64,000 bases of DNA, taken from positions 4,291 through 68,290 of the forward strand of contig JBBRTW010000001.1 of the NCBI GenBank assembly GCA_038244055.1. The letters are read 5' to 3'. Of this stretch, positions 40,399 to 49,625 are shown piece by piece. The translations under genes were made by a program, and so were the position numbers. The stretch comes from Tepidisphaerales bacterium. GTDB taxonomy: Bacteria; Planctomycetota; Phycisphaerae; Tepidisphaerales; Tepidisphaeraceae. Under the pieces are notes generated by a model. The model was not told where the DNA came from. It did no database searches and saw nothing but the letters and a program-made list of their open reading frames with translations. Position 1 is the first letter of the stretch. The number at the start of each line of letters is the position of its first letter.

Positions 40399-42324
40399 AT
40401 GGAAGAAGCCGCTCGAAAATTCGCCCGCCGGATCCTGATGATTCACCTGGCATTACTGCTGGCGGTGATCGGGATCATCTACGCCGCCTCGCGCGAAGTG
40501 TACGACACGACTCGCGAGCAGGCGCTCAAGCAGGCCGAGGCGCGGCAGTTGATTTTGGCGGGGCAGACCGCCAAGGGGATCGAGGCTTTTTACAAGTCCA
40601 TTCTCAACGACCTGGACCTTCTGCGGCAGGCACCGGCCGATGAGGATGAAGGCGCGGTGACCAGCGAAAAACCCACCACTTCCCCAACCGCCCCGCCAAA
40701 CGGCATCGAACTGAAGCCCTTCTTCCAGTCCCTGATGGGCAGCGACTCCCGCACCGGGAACACGGTGACCGCCCGGCTCTACGCCAGCATCCTCTGGAAG
40801 CAGTTGCAAGGGCGGGTGTCGCTCCTGTTCCGCGTGGACCGCGACCGACTGGGCAAGGGCAAGCTTGATCGCGAGCTTTTGCACGATAGAGGCCCGATCC
40901 AGATGCCCCTGAGCCCGGTGGATCCAAAACAAATCCATCCGCGCGAAATCGTCGCCCGATCCATGGACTGGCTCCGCGCCGTCGATAAGCCCACGATCGG
41001 CCCGTTCCAGCAGATCACGGTGGGGGACAAGACTGAATCCATGAATCTCGTGGCCGTGCCCACGCCCGAGCGCAATCGCCTGATCGTGGCGGCGGTGCCG
41101 ATCGCCTATGCCCAGAAGCGTTTCATCGAAGATCTGAATCGCGATGGCGATTCAACCAACGCGATCCTCGCCGATGAAACCGGCACGATCATGATCGGCA
41201 CCAACCCGCAACTCGTCGGCCGGGAAGTGCAGTCGCTCAAGGACCCGGAGGTGATGCGGCTGGCCACCGATTATGCCGCCAGCCCGACCAAGGCCGTGCG
41301 GACGATCGAGCGCGAGTACGTGCTGGGCGGGCAGAAATTCCCACCGGGGCTGGTCGCCATCGAGCCGGTCAGTGTCGGCGGAAAAAAGTGGATGTTGATG
41401 ATCATCACACCGCTTTCGGATGTGGACATGGTTGTCAGCCAGATCTTCCGCCGCGCGGTGTACTGGGCGATCTTCGTTGTCTTCTCGATGACCGCGATCC
41501 TGGTTTCATCCTCGATCCAGCTCATCCGCGGGCGCATCCGTCTCGAACGCATCCGCCACGATGTCATCAACAAGGAACTCAAGCAGGCGCGGGAAATCCA
41601 GATGGCCTGGCTGCCGCAGCAGGGGGTCTCGATCCCCTCCATCGATATCGCCGCGATCAACCACCCGGCCAGCCATATCAGCGGCGATTTTTACAACTGG
41701 TTCGAGCTGCCGGGCGGCCGGATGGTCGTCACCATTGGCGATGTCACCGGCCACGGCATGTCGGCCGCGTTTCTCATGGCCACCACGCAGTTACTGGTGC
41801 ATACGACCATGCTGCGGCTGCAAGACCCCGGGCGAACGCTGACCGAGGTCAACCGCCAACTCTGCATGCAGGTCTTCAATGGCCAATTCGTGACGATGCT
41901 GATTTGCGTTCTTGATGTGGATGGGCAATCGCTTGAAGTCGCCACGGCCGGGCACTATCCACCGCTGATTAGCCGCGAGGGCCGATTCGAAGGTCTGGCC
42001 ATCGAATCGCAGTTGGTCCTGGGCGTGGAGAAAGAATCGCGCTATCCAACCGAGCGCTTTATCCTGCCGGCTTCGGCCAGCCTGGTGATGTACACCGATG
42101 GCGTGCTCGATGTGCGCTCCCCCGAGGGCAAGCGATTCGAGATGCGCCGGCTGATCGACTCGGTGCATGGCCGGGCGGAATCGGCGCAGTCGCTGATCGA
42201 TTCGATCGTGGGCCATGTGAATCATTTCCGGGGGAACAGGCCCTTGCCGGATGACCTGACGATGGTTTGCATCCAGACGCAGACGCAGCCGGCCGAGGCG
42301 GGCGTGGAGGCGATTGTGGTGTAG
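40399..42324 (+). CDS. SpoIIE/PP2C-family protein phosphatase with N-terminal membrane sensor region
   Basis: Two TM helices flank an extracytoplasmic domain of about 300 aa. The C-terminal region ISGDFYNWF...VVTIGDVTGHGMSAAFLM...LVMYTDGV is PP2C (RsbU-like). Confidence 0.85.
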   Translation: MEEAARKFARRILMIHLALLLAVIGIIYAASREVYDTTREQALKQAEARQLILAGQTAKGIEAFYKSILNDLDLLRQAPADEDEGAVTSEKPTTSPTAPPNGIELKPFFQSLMGSDSRTGNTVTARLYASILWKQLQGRVSLLFRVDRDRLGKGKLDRELLHDRGPIQMPLSPVDPKQIHPREIVARSMDWLRAVDKPTIGPFQQITVGDKTESMNLVAVPTPERNRLIVAAVPIAYAQKRFIEDLNRDGDSTNAILADETGTIMIGTNPQLVGREVQSLKDPEVMRLATDYAASPTKAVRTIEREYVLGGQKFPPGLVAIEPVSVGGKKWMLMIITPLSDVDMVVSQIFRRAVYWAIFVVFSMTAILVSSSIQLIRGRIRLERIRHDVINKELKQAREIQMAWLPQQGVSIPSIDIAAINHPASHISGDFYNWFELPGGRMVVTIGDVTGHGMSAAFLMATTQLLVHTTMLRLQDPGRTLTEVNRQLCMQVFNGQFVTMLICVLDVDGQSLEVATAGHYPPLISREGRFEGLAIESQLVLGVEKESRYPTERFILPASASLVMYTDGVLDVRSPEGKRFEMRRLIDSVHGRAESAQSLIDSIVGHVNHFRGNRPLPDDLTMVCIQTQTQPAEAGVEAIVV

Positions 42325-42325
42325 G

Positions 42326-42412
42326 GGGATTGCGGATTTGAGATTTGAGATTGCAGATTTTGCGCGGGAAATTCAATCCGCAATCCGCAATCGCCAATCC
42401 GCAATGCGAATC
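42326..42412. repeat. Heptamer-array hairpin (SRGATTK units / CAATCCG units)
   Basis: GGGATTG CGGATTT GAGATTT GAGATTG CAGATTT (42326-42360) faces CAATCCG CAATCCG CAATCGC CAATCCG CAATGCG (42374-42408). It starts 2 nt after the TAG stop. Confidence 0.9.
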
Positions 42413-42570
42413 TTCTTTATCTTCACTCAGACAATCGGTTAGAATACTCCCCGGGCCACCGTCATACGGGCATCGTACGATTCTGCGTTCGACCGGGTAG
42501 ATTCTTCGAACAGCTCGCGCCGGGGTGGAGCGGGTCATCGTGTTGGGTCATCCTTTTACGGAGTATTTCT

Positions 42571-45450
42571 ATGCAGCCAGTGTCGGAAGCTTGTCAGCGC
42601 GGGATTCGCGCCGGCCGCCTTGGTGTTGTGGCGATGGTGTTTGGTGCGGCGGCCTGCCTGCCGATGGGGGCGCTGGCTCAACCCGCTCCGGTGCCCGCGC
42701 CGGCCGCCCCAGTGGCGACGGCTCCGGCCGCGCCCGCGCCCGCCGCCGCGCCGGCCGAAGCGCCCAAGTGGCCTGATTTCAATCTGGTCACCAAGGACAT
42801 GGTCGCCCAGCAGGGCCTGTTCACCCTTTACCGCTACAACCCGGCCGACAATTCCAAGGATCAGACCAAGCTCCTTTGCCAGATTCCGCGGGCGCTGCTC
42901 AAGCAGGACCTGCTGCTGGCGACGAGCATTTCGCGCGGGCCGATGGCGGGTTTTCAGTGGGATGATTACCTGATTCGCTTTGAGGCATCCGGGCGGCTGA
43001 TCCTGATCAGCGTTCCGGATTCGCGCTACGTCAGCCGCGCGGATCAGCCGGTGTCGGATGCGGTCAACCGCACTTACAACGATGGTTTCCTGACGGCCAT
43101 GCCGATTCTGACGATGGCGCCCAATGGCGACCCGGTGGTCGAGATCGGCACACCCCTTCTGACGCCGATCGTCAGCCTCCCGCCCGCCGGCGCTGGGCTC
43201 GCTCCGCGCAAGGACCTCTCGACCTTTTCCAAGGTCAAATCCTTTCCCGATAATATCCTGATCGATGCCGATATCGCCCTGGTCGGCCGAACCGGCGCGG
43301 GCACCAATGTCGGCATCACCTACTCGTTCCGCCGCCTGCCTCCGATTGCCTCGTATACCCCGCGCATCGCCGATGAGCGGGTGGGCTACTTCACCACCGC
43401 CCGCCGCGACTGGGCGATGAAGCACACCGAAAAAGACACGACGCTCCGCTACGTCAACCGCTGGGACGTCAAGAAGAAAGACCCCTCGCTCGAACTCTCG
43501 CCCCCCGAGAAGCCGGTCGTCTTCGTGATCGAGAAGACCGTCCCGCTGCAATGGCGCAACTATGTGGCCCAGGGCGCGCTGGAATGGAACAAGGCCTTTG
43601 AAAAGCTTGGAATCGTTGGCGCGGTGGTCGTTCAGCAGCAGACCGATGACAACGAATTCGCCAACGCCGACCCCGAGGATGCCCGCTACAACTTCATCCG
43701 CTGGACCGTCAACGATGGCGGGATGGCGGTTGGACCTTCGCGGGCCGATCCGCGCACGGGGCAGATTCTCGATGCGGATATTATTTTCGACGATTCGATG
43801 CTCCGCTTCTACTTCCGCGAGTTTGAGGTGTTCGGGCCGCAGGGAATTTCCTCGGCGATGGGGCCGGAATATCTCCAGTTCCTGGCGGCCAATCCGCAGT
43901 TCATGCCCATGGGGATGAACGCGGATCAGGTGCGTGACGCCGCCAAGACGGCCGGCGCGGAACTGCTCCGCGACTCGGGCGATAACACCAGCCCGGATTC
44001 GATGGCAATCGCCCCCCGGCGCATTGCCCCCGCCCGCGCGGCCTGCAGCTACGCGGCCGGGATGCGTCAGGAAATCGCCATGGCCAACCTCGCGGCCGCC
44101 GCCGGTGGAAAGAAGATTCCCGACCGCTTCATGGGCGAAGTGATCCGCGAAGTGGTTGCCCACGAAGTCGGCCACACGCTGGGCCTGCGCCACAATTTCA
44201 AAGCCTCCTCCTGGCTGAGCGAGACCGAGATCAAGAAGCGCCGCGACACCACCGATGAGCCGCTGGTGGCCTCGGTGATGGATTACAACCCGGTGGTCTT
44301 CTTCGCGGGCGACGATATCGACAAGCTCAAGCACTTCATGACCCCCTGCATCGGACCCTACGATCACTGGGCCATCGAATACGGCTACAAGAACCTCTCC
44401 AAGGAAGAGCCCGAGGAGAAGGCTCTCATTGCCAAGGTCGCCTCGCGCAACACCCAGCGCGAGAACGCGTACGCCACGGATGAAGATGTCATGGGCCCGT
44501 CCTCGGTCGATCCAACCGCCAATCGATTCGATCTGTCCGATGATCCGATCGCGTGGGCGAAGTCGCGGATCGCGCTGAGCGATGCACTGCTGAAGGATTT
44601 CAAGAAATGGGCGGTCAAACCCAACGATCCGAACGACCGTCTGCGCGAATCGTTCCTGTATGTGATGTCGCAGAAGATGCGCGATCTGCTTTTCGTGACG
44701 CGCGTGGTCGGCGGGCAGAATTTCAACCGCAACCGGCCGGGCGATCCGGATGCCAAGCCGGCGCTGCAACTGGTCGAGCCCAAGCGGCAGCGCGAGGCGC
44801 TGGCGGTGCTGGAGTCGACGATTTTCCGCGATGATTTCCTGGCGGTCGATCCCGAGCTTTACAACGAGCTGGTGCCATCGGGCCGCTGGATCGACTGGGC
44901 CGGGCAGGATCCGTTCCGCACGCCGCGCGTCGATTTCCCCGTGCATTCCTACATCACCCGCTACCAGGGCCTGGCACTGGCGAGCCTGGTGACGCCGCAG
45001 AATCTCCAGCGCATTTACGATGCCGAGCTCAAGAGCAAGTCGGAGGATAAGTTCACCGCCGCCGAGTTGATCTCGCGCGTGCGCACGATCATCTGGGGCG
45101 GTGCCAAGCCCGCGAGCAGCGTCAAGTACACCGATGCCAAGCCGCTGCTGACGAGCGTCCGCCGGAATTTGCAGCGGCAGCATGTGCAGTTCATGCTGGC
45201 GATCGCCGAATCCAAGCCCGGCGCGCTGGTGTCGGCCGACCTGCACTCGATGGTCTGCTTCACCCTGCGCGACCTGGCCCAGCAGATCGGCACGGATCTG
45301 AACAACGCCGGCGAGCGGCTGGATCTTGGATCGCGGGCGCATTTGTCGGAGACCAAGGCGCAGATCGACCGGGTGCTGAATGCGCCGTACATCCAGATGC
45401 CGGGTTTTGGCGGGCCGATGATGATGTTCGGGCAGCCAGCCGGGCAGTGA
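42571..45450 (+). CDS. Secreted zinc-dependent metalloprotease (DUF4953/DUF5117-type)
   Basis: Signal peptide, an Ala/Pro-rich linker, and the zincin motif VVAHEVGHTLGLRHNF with a downstream SVMDYN. Confidence 0.85.
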   Translation: MQPVSEACQRGIRAGRLGVVAMVFGAAACLPMGALAQPAPVPAPAAPVATAPAAPAPAAAPAEAPKWPDFNLVTKDMVAQQGLFTLYRYNPADNSKDQTKLLCQIPRALLKQDLLLATSISRGPMAGFQWDDYLIRFEASGRLILISVPDSRYVSRADQPVSDAVNRTYNDGFLTAMPILTMAPNGDPVVEIGTPLLTPIVSLPPAGAGLAPRKDLSTFSKVKSFPDNILIDADIALVGRTGAGTNVGITYSFRRLPPIASYTPRIADERVGYFTTARRDWAMKHTEKDTTLRYVNRWDVKKKDPSLELSPPEKPVVFVIEKTVPLQWRNYVAQGALEWNKAFEKLGIVGAVVVQQQTDDNEFANADPEDARYNFIRWTVNDGGMAVGPSRADPRTGQILDADIIFDDSMLRFYFREFEVFGPQGISSAMGPEYLQFLAANPQFMPMGMNADQVRDAAKTAGAELLRDSGDNTSPDSMAIAPRRIAPARAACSYAAGMRQEIAMANLAAAAGGKKIPDRFMGEVIREVVAHEVGHTLGLRHNFKASSWLSETEIKKRRDTTDEPLVASVMDYNPVVFFAGDDIDKLKHFMTPCIGPYDHWAIEYGYKNLSKEEPEEKALIAKVASRNTQRENAYATDEDVMGPSSVDPTANRFDLSDDPIAWAKSRIALSDALLKDFKKWAVKPNDPNDRLRESFLYVMSQKMRDLLFVTRVVGGQNFNRNRPGDPDAKPALQLVEPKRQREALAVLESTIFRDDFLAVDPELYNELVPSGRWIDWAGQDPFRTPRVDFPVHSYITRYQGLALASLVTPQNLQRIYDAELKSKSEDKFTAAELISRVRTIIWGGAKPASSVKYTDAKPLLTSVRRNLQRQHVQFMLAIAESKPGALVSADLHSMVCFTLRDLAQQIGTDLNNAGERLDLGSRAHLSETKAQIDRVLNAPYIQMPGFGGPMMMFGQPAGQ

Positions 45451-46151
45451 AGTTTGCCCCGGATGAACGCGGATGGGCACGGATGAACATTCGCGCTCCA
45501 CAAGCTGATACGGCCGCCCGGCGGAACTCAGGTTTCGCCGGGCGGCTTTGGTATTTGGCGTGGAAGGCGTGCGACTTATTCCTGGTGGCGATGTCGTCGA
45601 TTCTGTTTTTGTGCGTGGTGGTGATGTGGGTGAGGAGCCGGTTCGTGGCTGACCAATGGGCGGTGATTGAGCAAGGGCCGGATGAGAGTGGAATCTACGA
45701 GCAAGCGCGAGTCCGAGCGATGCAGTCGATGGCCGGTGAGATCTCATTGGGATGGACCACATTGCCATTGCCCGTCATGTCCGGGCAAACAAATCCGCCG
45801 CCAATGAAGCCGGCTGCATTCCTCCATTCAACCGGGCATGTGGAAGGCACGCTTGCGACCGGAATAGCGTATCCTCATTCGATCTGGAATCGCTTGGGGT
45901 TCGCCTCGGGTAAGCACGATTCGTTCGGCGACTATTCCTTCATTATCGTCCCCTACTGGAGCCTGGCGGTCTTGACCGCGATCCTGCCGGGGACGGCGAT
46001 CATCCGCGGCACGCGCGGCCGGCGCATCGCGCGGAGAATCCGCGATGGTCTATGCCGGAATTGCGGCTACGATCTTCGCGCTTCCGAATCACGCTGCCCC
46101 GAATGCGGAACACCGATCAACCAGGCGGCGCCTTCCAATCCGTCATGCTGA
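45447..46151 (+). CDS. Membrane protein with C-terminal zinc-ribbon (CRNCGYDL...CPECG)
   Basis: Hydrophobic helices plus a terminal CxxC-x12-CxxC. The start is uncertain. The stop codon lies inside the 24-bp inverted-repeat arm. Confidence 0.55.
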   Translation: MKFAPDERGWARMNIRAPQADTAARRNSGFAGRLWYLAWKACDLFLVAMSSILFLCVVVMWVRSRFVADQWAVIEQGPDESGIYEQARVRAMQSMAGEISLGWTTLPLPVMSGQTNPPPMKPAAFLHSTGHVEGTLATGIAYPHSIWNRLGFASGKHDSFGDYSFIIVPYWSLAVLTAILPGTAIIRGTRGRRIARRIRDGLCRNCGYDLRASESRCPECGTPINQAAPSNPSC

Positions 46152-46247
46152 GCTTGCGAAGCATCTGGCCTCGAACGTCGAGGCCCGCCACGCTCACTCG
46201 AATGGTCCTCAACGCATCAGCAAGATGCTTCGCAAGCTCAGCATGAC
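46142..46247. repeat. Perfect 24-bp inverted repeat with nested hairpin
   Basis: gtcatgctgagcttgcgaagcatc (46142-46165) faces gatgcttcgcaagctcagcatgac (46224-46247). An inner stem ggcctcgaacgtcgaggcc is present. A partial copy (gatgcttcgctgcgctcagcaggac) lies at about 49019-49043. Confidence 0.9.
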
Positions 46248-46304
46248 AGTATGATATCCCACCCCGCCTTTGATTCTTCAATTTGATCTGCGATAACCTT
46301 CCGC

Positions 46305-47831
46305 GTGTCATCCGCCGAGCTCGAAACCATACTCAAAGACCTTCCGCGCCACGGCCAGCGCATCAAGGATCGGCCCTATCGCCAGGTCTGGCGTTTCGAG
46401 GCGGGCGGGAAGGCTTACTACCTCAAGTTCTATCCCCGCCCCGGCTCGCGCCTCAAACGCGTGTTTCGCGGCAACCCCGCCATGCGCGAATTCCTGCGGA
46501 TGCAGTGGCTCCAGAAGGCGAAGATTCCTTCGCCACGGGCGGTGGCGATGCTGGCCGGGTACACCATCGAAGGCATCAAGGGCGATGCTGTGCTTTCACT
46601 CGCCATTGAGCCCTCGATCCAACTCGACAAATACCTCAACGGCTTCGAACTGCTCGGCCAGCGCGCCGCCGATCATCTTCAGCTCTCCGCCAAAGTCCGC
46701 GAACTCGTCTTCTCCCTCGGCCGCGCCGGCTTTGGCCATAACGACCTCCACCTGGGCAACTTTCTCAAGTCCGGCGATGCCGTCTATCTCCTCGACGCCT
46801 ATGCCGTCACCCCCGGCGGGCTGAAGATGAAACAGCTTATGAAGCTCGGCCACAGCGCCGCCCGATATGCCACGCGCGGCGATGTCCGCTGCGCCTGGGC
46901 GATGCTGGCCGAGGGCGCGCCGATGCCGCGCAGCAATGCCACCTCCTCGCGCATCTGGCAAAAGTTCATCGATCAGATCGCCGGCGGCAATCGCTATTTC
47001 GGAAAGATGGATTCGCGAGGCTGGAGCGGATCGTTTTTTCAGCACTGGAAATATCCTTACCGTTGGTCGGCCGCCAGCCAGCTAAATGTTTCCGATGCCG
47101 ATTGGGCGCGGGAATGGCCGATGCTGTTGGAAAAGATGGAATCTGGCGCGTTCGAGGTTCTGAAAACGGGCCGCAGCGGCGATGTTTTGGCCGCGCAGGT
47201 CACGCTGGGCGGGCGGGCGATCGATGTGATCGTCAAGCGCCCGCGTCGGAAGAGGTGGTATCGCTATATCAATGAAATCGGCCGGGGCTCGCGCGCCTGG
47301 CGGGCCTGGAAGAAAAGCTGGAGCCTGGTCACGCGGAACATCCCCACGGCCTGGCCTCTGGCGATCGTGGAGAAGAAGACGCTCGGCTACGTCATGGATC
47401 AGGTCATTATCTGCGAGCGCGTGCCCGGGCAGTCGCTGGCGGTGACCGATCTCGATGCCCTGCCGGGGAGCGAGCGCGATCAGATGTTCCGCCGCTGCGG
47501 GAGGATGCTCCGCCGAATCGAGACGACGGGGATGAGCCATTTCGATTCCAAGTCGAGCAACTGGATCATCTCGCCCGATGAAAAGCGCGGGCCGACGCCG
47601 ATACTGGTCGATGTCGATGGCATCCGGTTCTATCGCTGGGACGCGTTCAGCATCCGCCGGCTATTGAGATCCATGCTCGAACACCCTCAATACACCCCGG
47701 CCGACAGTCTAGCGCTCTGCCAGGGCTACGCGCCATTCACGCTTCTGGAACCTGAAGAAGAATTGAACCACGAAGGACACGAAGAGCACGAAGGGGAGAA
47801 TGAGGTTGAAGAGGATGTCCGCGAGAAGTGA
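46305..47831 (+). CDS. Lipopolysaccharide kinase (Kdo/WaaP/InaA) family protein, two kinase-like lobes
   Basis: GHNDLHLGNFL and SHFDSKSSNWII catalytic-loop-like motifs. The C-terminus is an acidic HEGHEEHEGE tail. Confidence 0.68.
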   Translation: MSSAELETILKDLPRHGQRIKDRPYRQVWRFEAGGKAYYLKFYPRPGSRLKRVFRGNPAMREFLRMQWLQKAKIPSPRAVAMLAGYTIEGIKGDAVLSLAIEPSIQLDKYLNGFELLGQRAADHLQLSAKVRELVFSLGRAGFGHNDLHLGNFLKSGDAVYLLDAYAVTPGGLKMKQLMKLGHSAARYATRGDVRCAWAMLAEGAPMPRSNATSSRIWQKFIDQIAGGNRYFGKMDSRGWSGSFFQHWKYPYRWSAASQLNVSDADWAREWPMLLEKMESGAFEVLKTGRSGDVLAAQVTLGGRAIDVIVKRPRRKRWYRYINEIGRGSRAWRAWKKSWSLVTRNIPTAWPLAIVEKKTLGYVMDQVIICERVPGQSLAVTDLDALPGSERDQMFRRCGRMLRRIETTGMSHFDSKSSNWIISPDEKRGPTPILVDVDGIRFYRWDAFSIRRLLRSMLEHPQYTPADSLALCQGYAPFTLLEPEEELNHEGHEEHEGENEVEEDVREK

Positions 47832-48966
47832 TTCCTCTCCTATACCCTATACCCTACACCCTATACCCTCCCCTTTGACCAGCCCCCAAAAGATCCTCGT
47901 CATCAAACCCAGCGCCATCGGCGATGTCGTGCATACGCTGCCGATCCTGAATCTGCTGCGCAAGCGCTGGCCGGCAGCGCATATCGCGTGGCTCATTACG
48001 CCCGCCTGCGCGGGGATGATCCAGGGGCACCCGCAGCTCGATGAAGTGATCCTCTTCGACCGCAAAAAACTCGGCTCCATGTGGAAAAACCCGCGCGTGT
48101 TCTTCGAGCTGCGCCGCTTCACGCGCTCGCTTGCCGCGAAACAATTCGACCTGGTCCTCGATCTTCAAGGGCTTTTCCGCAGTGGCTGGCTCGCCCGGAA
48201 AACTCATGCGCCGATGCGGGTTGGCTTCCGCAACGCCCGTGAGTTGGCATGGTTCTTCTATACGCATCGCGTGCCGATCGGCACGATGGAGCAGCATGCG
48301 ATCGAGCGGTATTTGACGCTGGCGCGCTCGATCGGCTGCGAGGGGGAAGTGGAATTTGTCTTCGCGCACGATGATGAGGACCGACGCGCGGTGAGGGCCA
48401 TGATCGATGATGCGATCGGCATGCGCGGCGTCCAATCGAGCCCGGCCGCTTCCATGCCCCTCGGTGTTTCATCTTCATCCCTCCACATTGCCGCCCCGCG
48501 CTACGCGATTCTCGCTCCCACCACGAATTGGGACACCAAGCGCTGGCCGGCCGGGAAATTCGCCGGGCTGGTCGCGCCTTTGCGGGATCGTTTCGGGCTC
48601 GAGTCCATTCTGATCGGCGGCCCGGACGTGGCCGCGATGTCGTCCCAATTCCCTGGCGCAATCAACATTGGCGGGAAAACCACGCTTCGCCAGCTTTGCG
48701 CGCTCATCGAAAGCGCTGCGCTGGTCATCTCGAACGACTCGGGCCCCATGCACATCGCGGCCGCGATGCGCCGGCCGCTGGTGACGATGTTTGGCCCGAC
48801 CAACCCCGTGCGCACCGGCCCGTATGGGCGGATGCAAAGCGTCATCCGCCTGCCGATCGCCTGCTCGCCGTGCTATCTGAAAACCTGCTGGCATCAGAGC
48901 TGTTTGAAGCATCTGGAAATTGGCCCGGTTCTTGAACTGGCAGAGCGGCAGATGAACGGCAGTTGA
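47815..48966 (+). CDS. Glycosyltransferase family 9 (LPS heptosyltransferase)
   Basis: ILVIKPSAIGDVVHTLPILNLLRKRWP, LDLQGLFRSG and NDSGPMHIAAA motifs. The start is uncertain (ATG 47800/47815, or in-frame TTG 47875 after the repeat). Confidence 0.85.
   Translation: MSARSDSSPIPYTLHPIPSPLTSPQKILVIKPSAIGDVVHTLPILNLLRKRWPAAHIAWLITPACAGMIQGHPQLDEVILFDRKKLGSMWKNPRVFFELRRFTRSLAAKQFDLVLDLQGLFRSGWLARKTHAPMRVGFRNARELAWFFYTHRVPIGTMEQHAIERYLTLARSIGCEGEVEFVFAHDDEDRRAVRAMIDDAIGMRGVQSSPAASMPLGVSSSSLHIAAPRYAILAPTTNWDTKRWPAGKFAGLVAPLRDRFGLESILIGGPDVAAMSSQFPGAINIGGKTTLRQLCALIESAALVISNDSGPMHIAAAMRRPLVTMFGPTNPVRTGPYGRMQSVIRLPIACSPCYLKTCWHQSCLKHLEIGPVLELAERQMNGS
47838..47872. repeat. Tandem heptamer array (CCCTAYA units), same unit family as 10627-10664
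   Basis: TCCTATA CCCTATA CCCTACA CCCTATA CCCTCCC. It lies inside the only ATG-initiated reading frame of the GT9 gene. Confidence 0.88.
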
Positions 48967-49072
48967 AAGACTTCGCTTCCACTTCCACCTTTCGAAACGC
49001 CCTCGGCCGAATAGGCAAGATGCTTCGCTGCGCTCAGCAGGACCTCGGGCGCATGTTTTTTGGGGAATCCAT

Positions 49073-49118
49073 TTGACTTAGACGATCCACTTCGTATAAT
49101 TCGTTAATTCGCGAATTA
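49073..49118 (+). promoter_or_regulatory. Sigma70-type promoter plus palindromic operator upstream of arsR
   Basis: TTGACT (49073-49078), a 16-nt spacer, then TATAAT (49095-49100). A perfect 14-bp palindrome TAATTCGCGAATTA lies at 49105-49118. GGAG lies 7 nt before the TTG start at 49131. Confidence 0.7.
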
Positions 49119-49130
49119 TGGAGATGACGT

Positions 49131-49625
49131 TTGATCGAGTTCCTTGCCATTGCCAACGCACTTGCCGATGAAAACCGCGCCCGGGCGTTTCTGTCGCTCC
49201 GTGGCGGGGAGCTCTGCGTGTGCCAAATCATTGAGCTGCTTGAACTTGCGCCATCGACGGTTTCCAAGCACATGCAGATTCTCCGCCAGGCGCGTCTGGT
49301 GGAAATGCACAAGGAAGGGCGCTGGATTTACTACCGCCTGGCGGGTGAGTCGGCCAGTCCGATGGTGCGCGAGGCGATCGATTGGGCCAGCAAATGGCTC
49401 GGGGATGAGGCACAGGCCAAGGCCGACATTCGACGGATGGCGGAGATCGTTCAGGAAGACCCGGAGGCAGTATGCAGAAGGCAGATGGGGCGCCCGGAGA
49501 AGCAGGCATCGACCGCGAGCGGCGCGATGGAACCAGACAAGGCGTGCGACGAATCAAAGTGCTGTTCCTCTGCACCGGCAACTCCTGCCGAAGCCAGATG
49601 GCGGAAGGATGGGCTCGCCATCTGA
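49131..49625 (+). CDS. arsR: ArsR/SmtB-family metalloregulator
   Basis: ELCVCQIIELL (CVC As(III) site), STVSKHMQILRQARLV recognition helix and GRWIYYRL. TTG start. An unusually long Cys-containing C-terminal tail overlaps arsC. Confidence 0.82.
   Translation: MIEFLAIANALADENRARAFLSLRGGELCVCQIIELLELAPSTVSKHMQILRQARLVEMHKEGRWIYYRLAGESASPMVREAIDWASKWLGDEAQAKADIRRMAEIVQEDPEAVCRRQMGRPEKQASTASGAMEPDKACDESKCCSSAPATPAEARWRKDGLAI

Noticed and set aside
42556-45768. A 1070-aa minus-strand ORF, the longest in the window.
   Set aside because: It is exactly antisense to the metalloprotease gene, which has clear HEXXH, signal-peptide and domain motifs. Its translation is Arg/Gly/Pro/His-rich low-information sequence, typical of antisense frames in GC-rich DNA. 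I recognise no motif in it.
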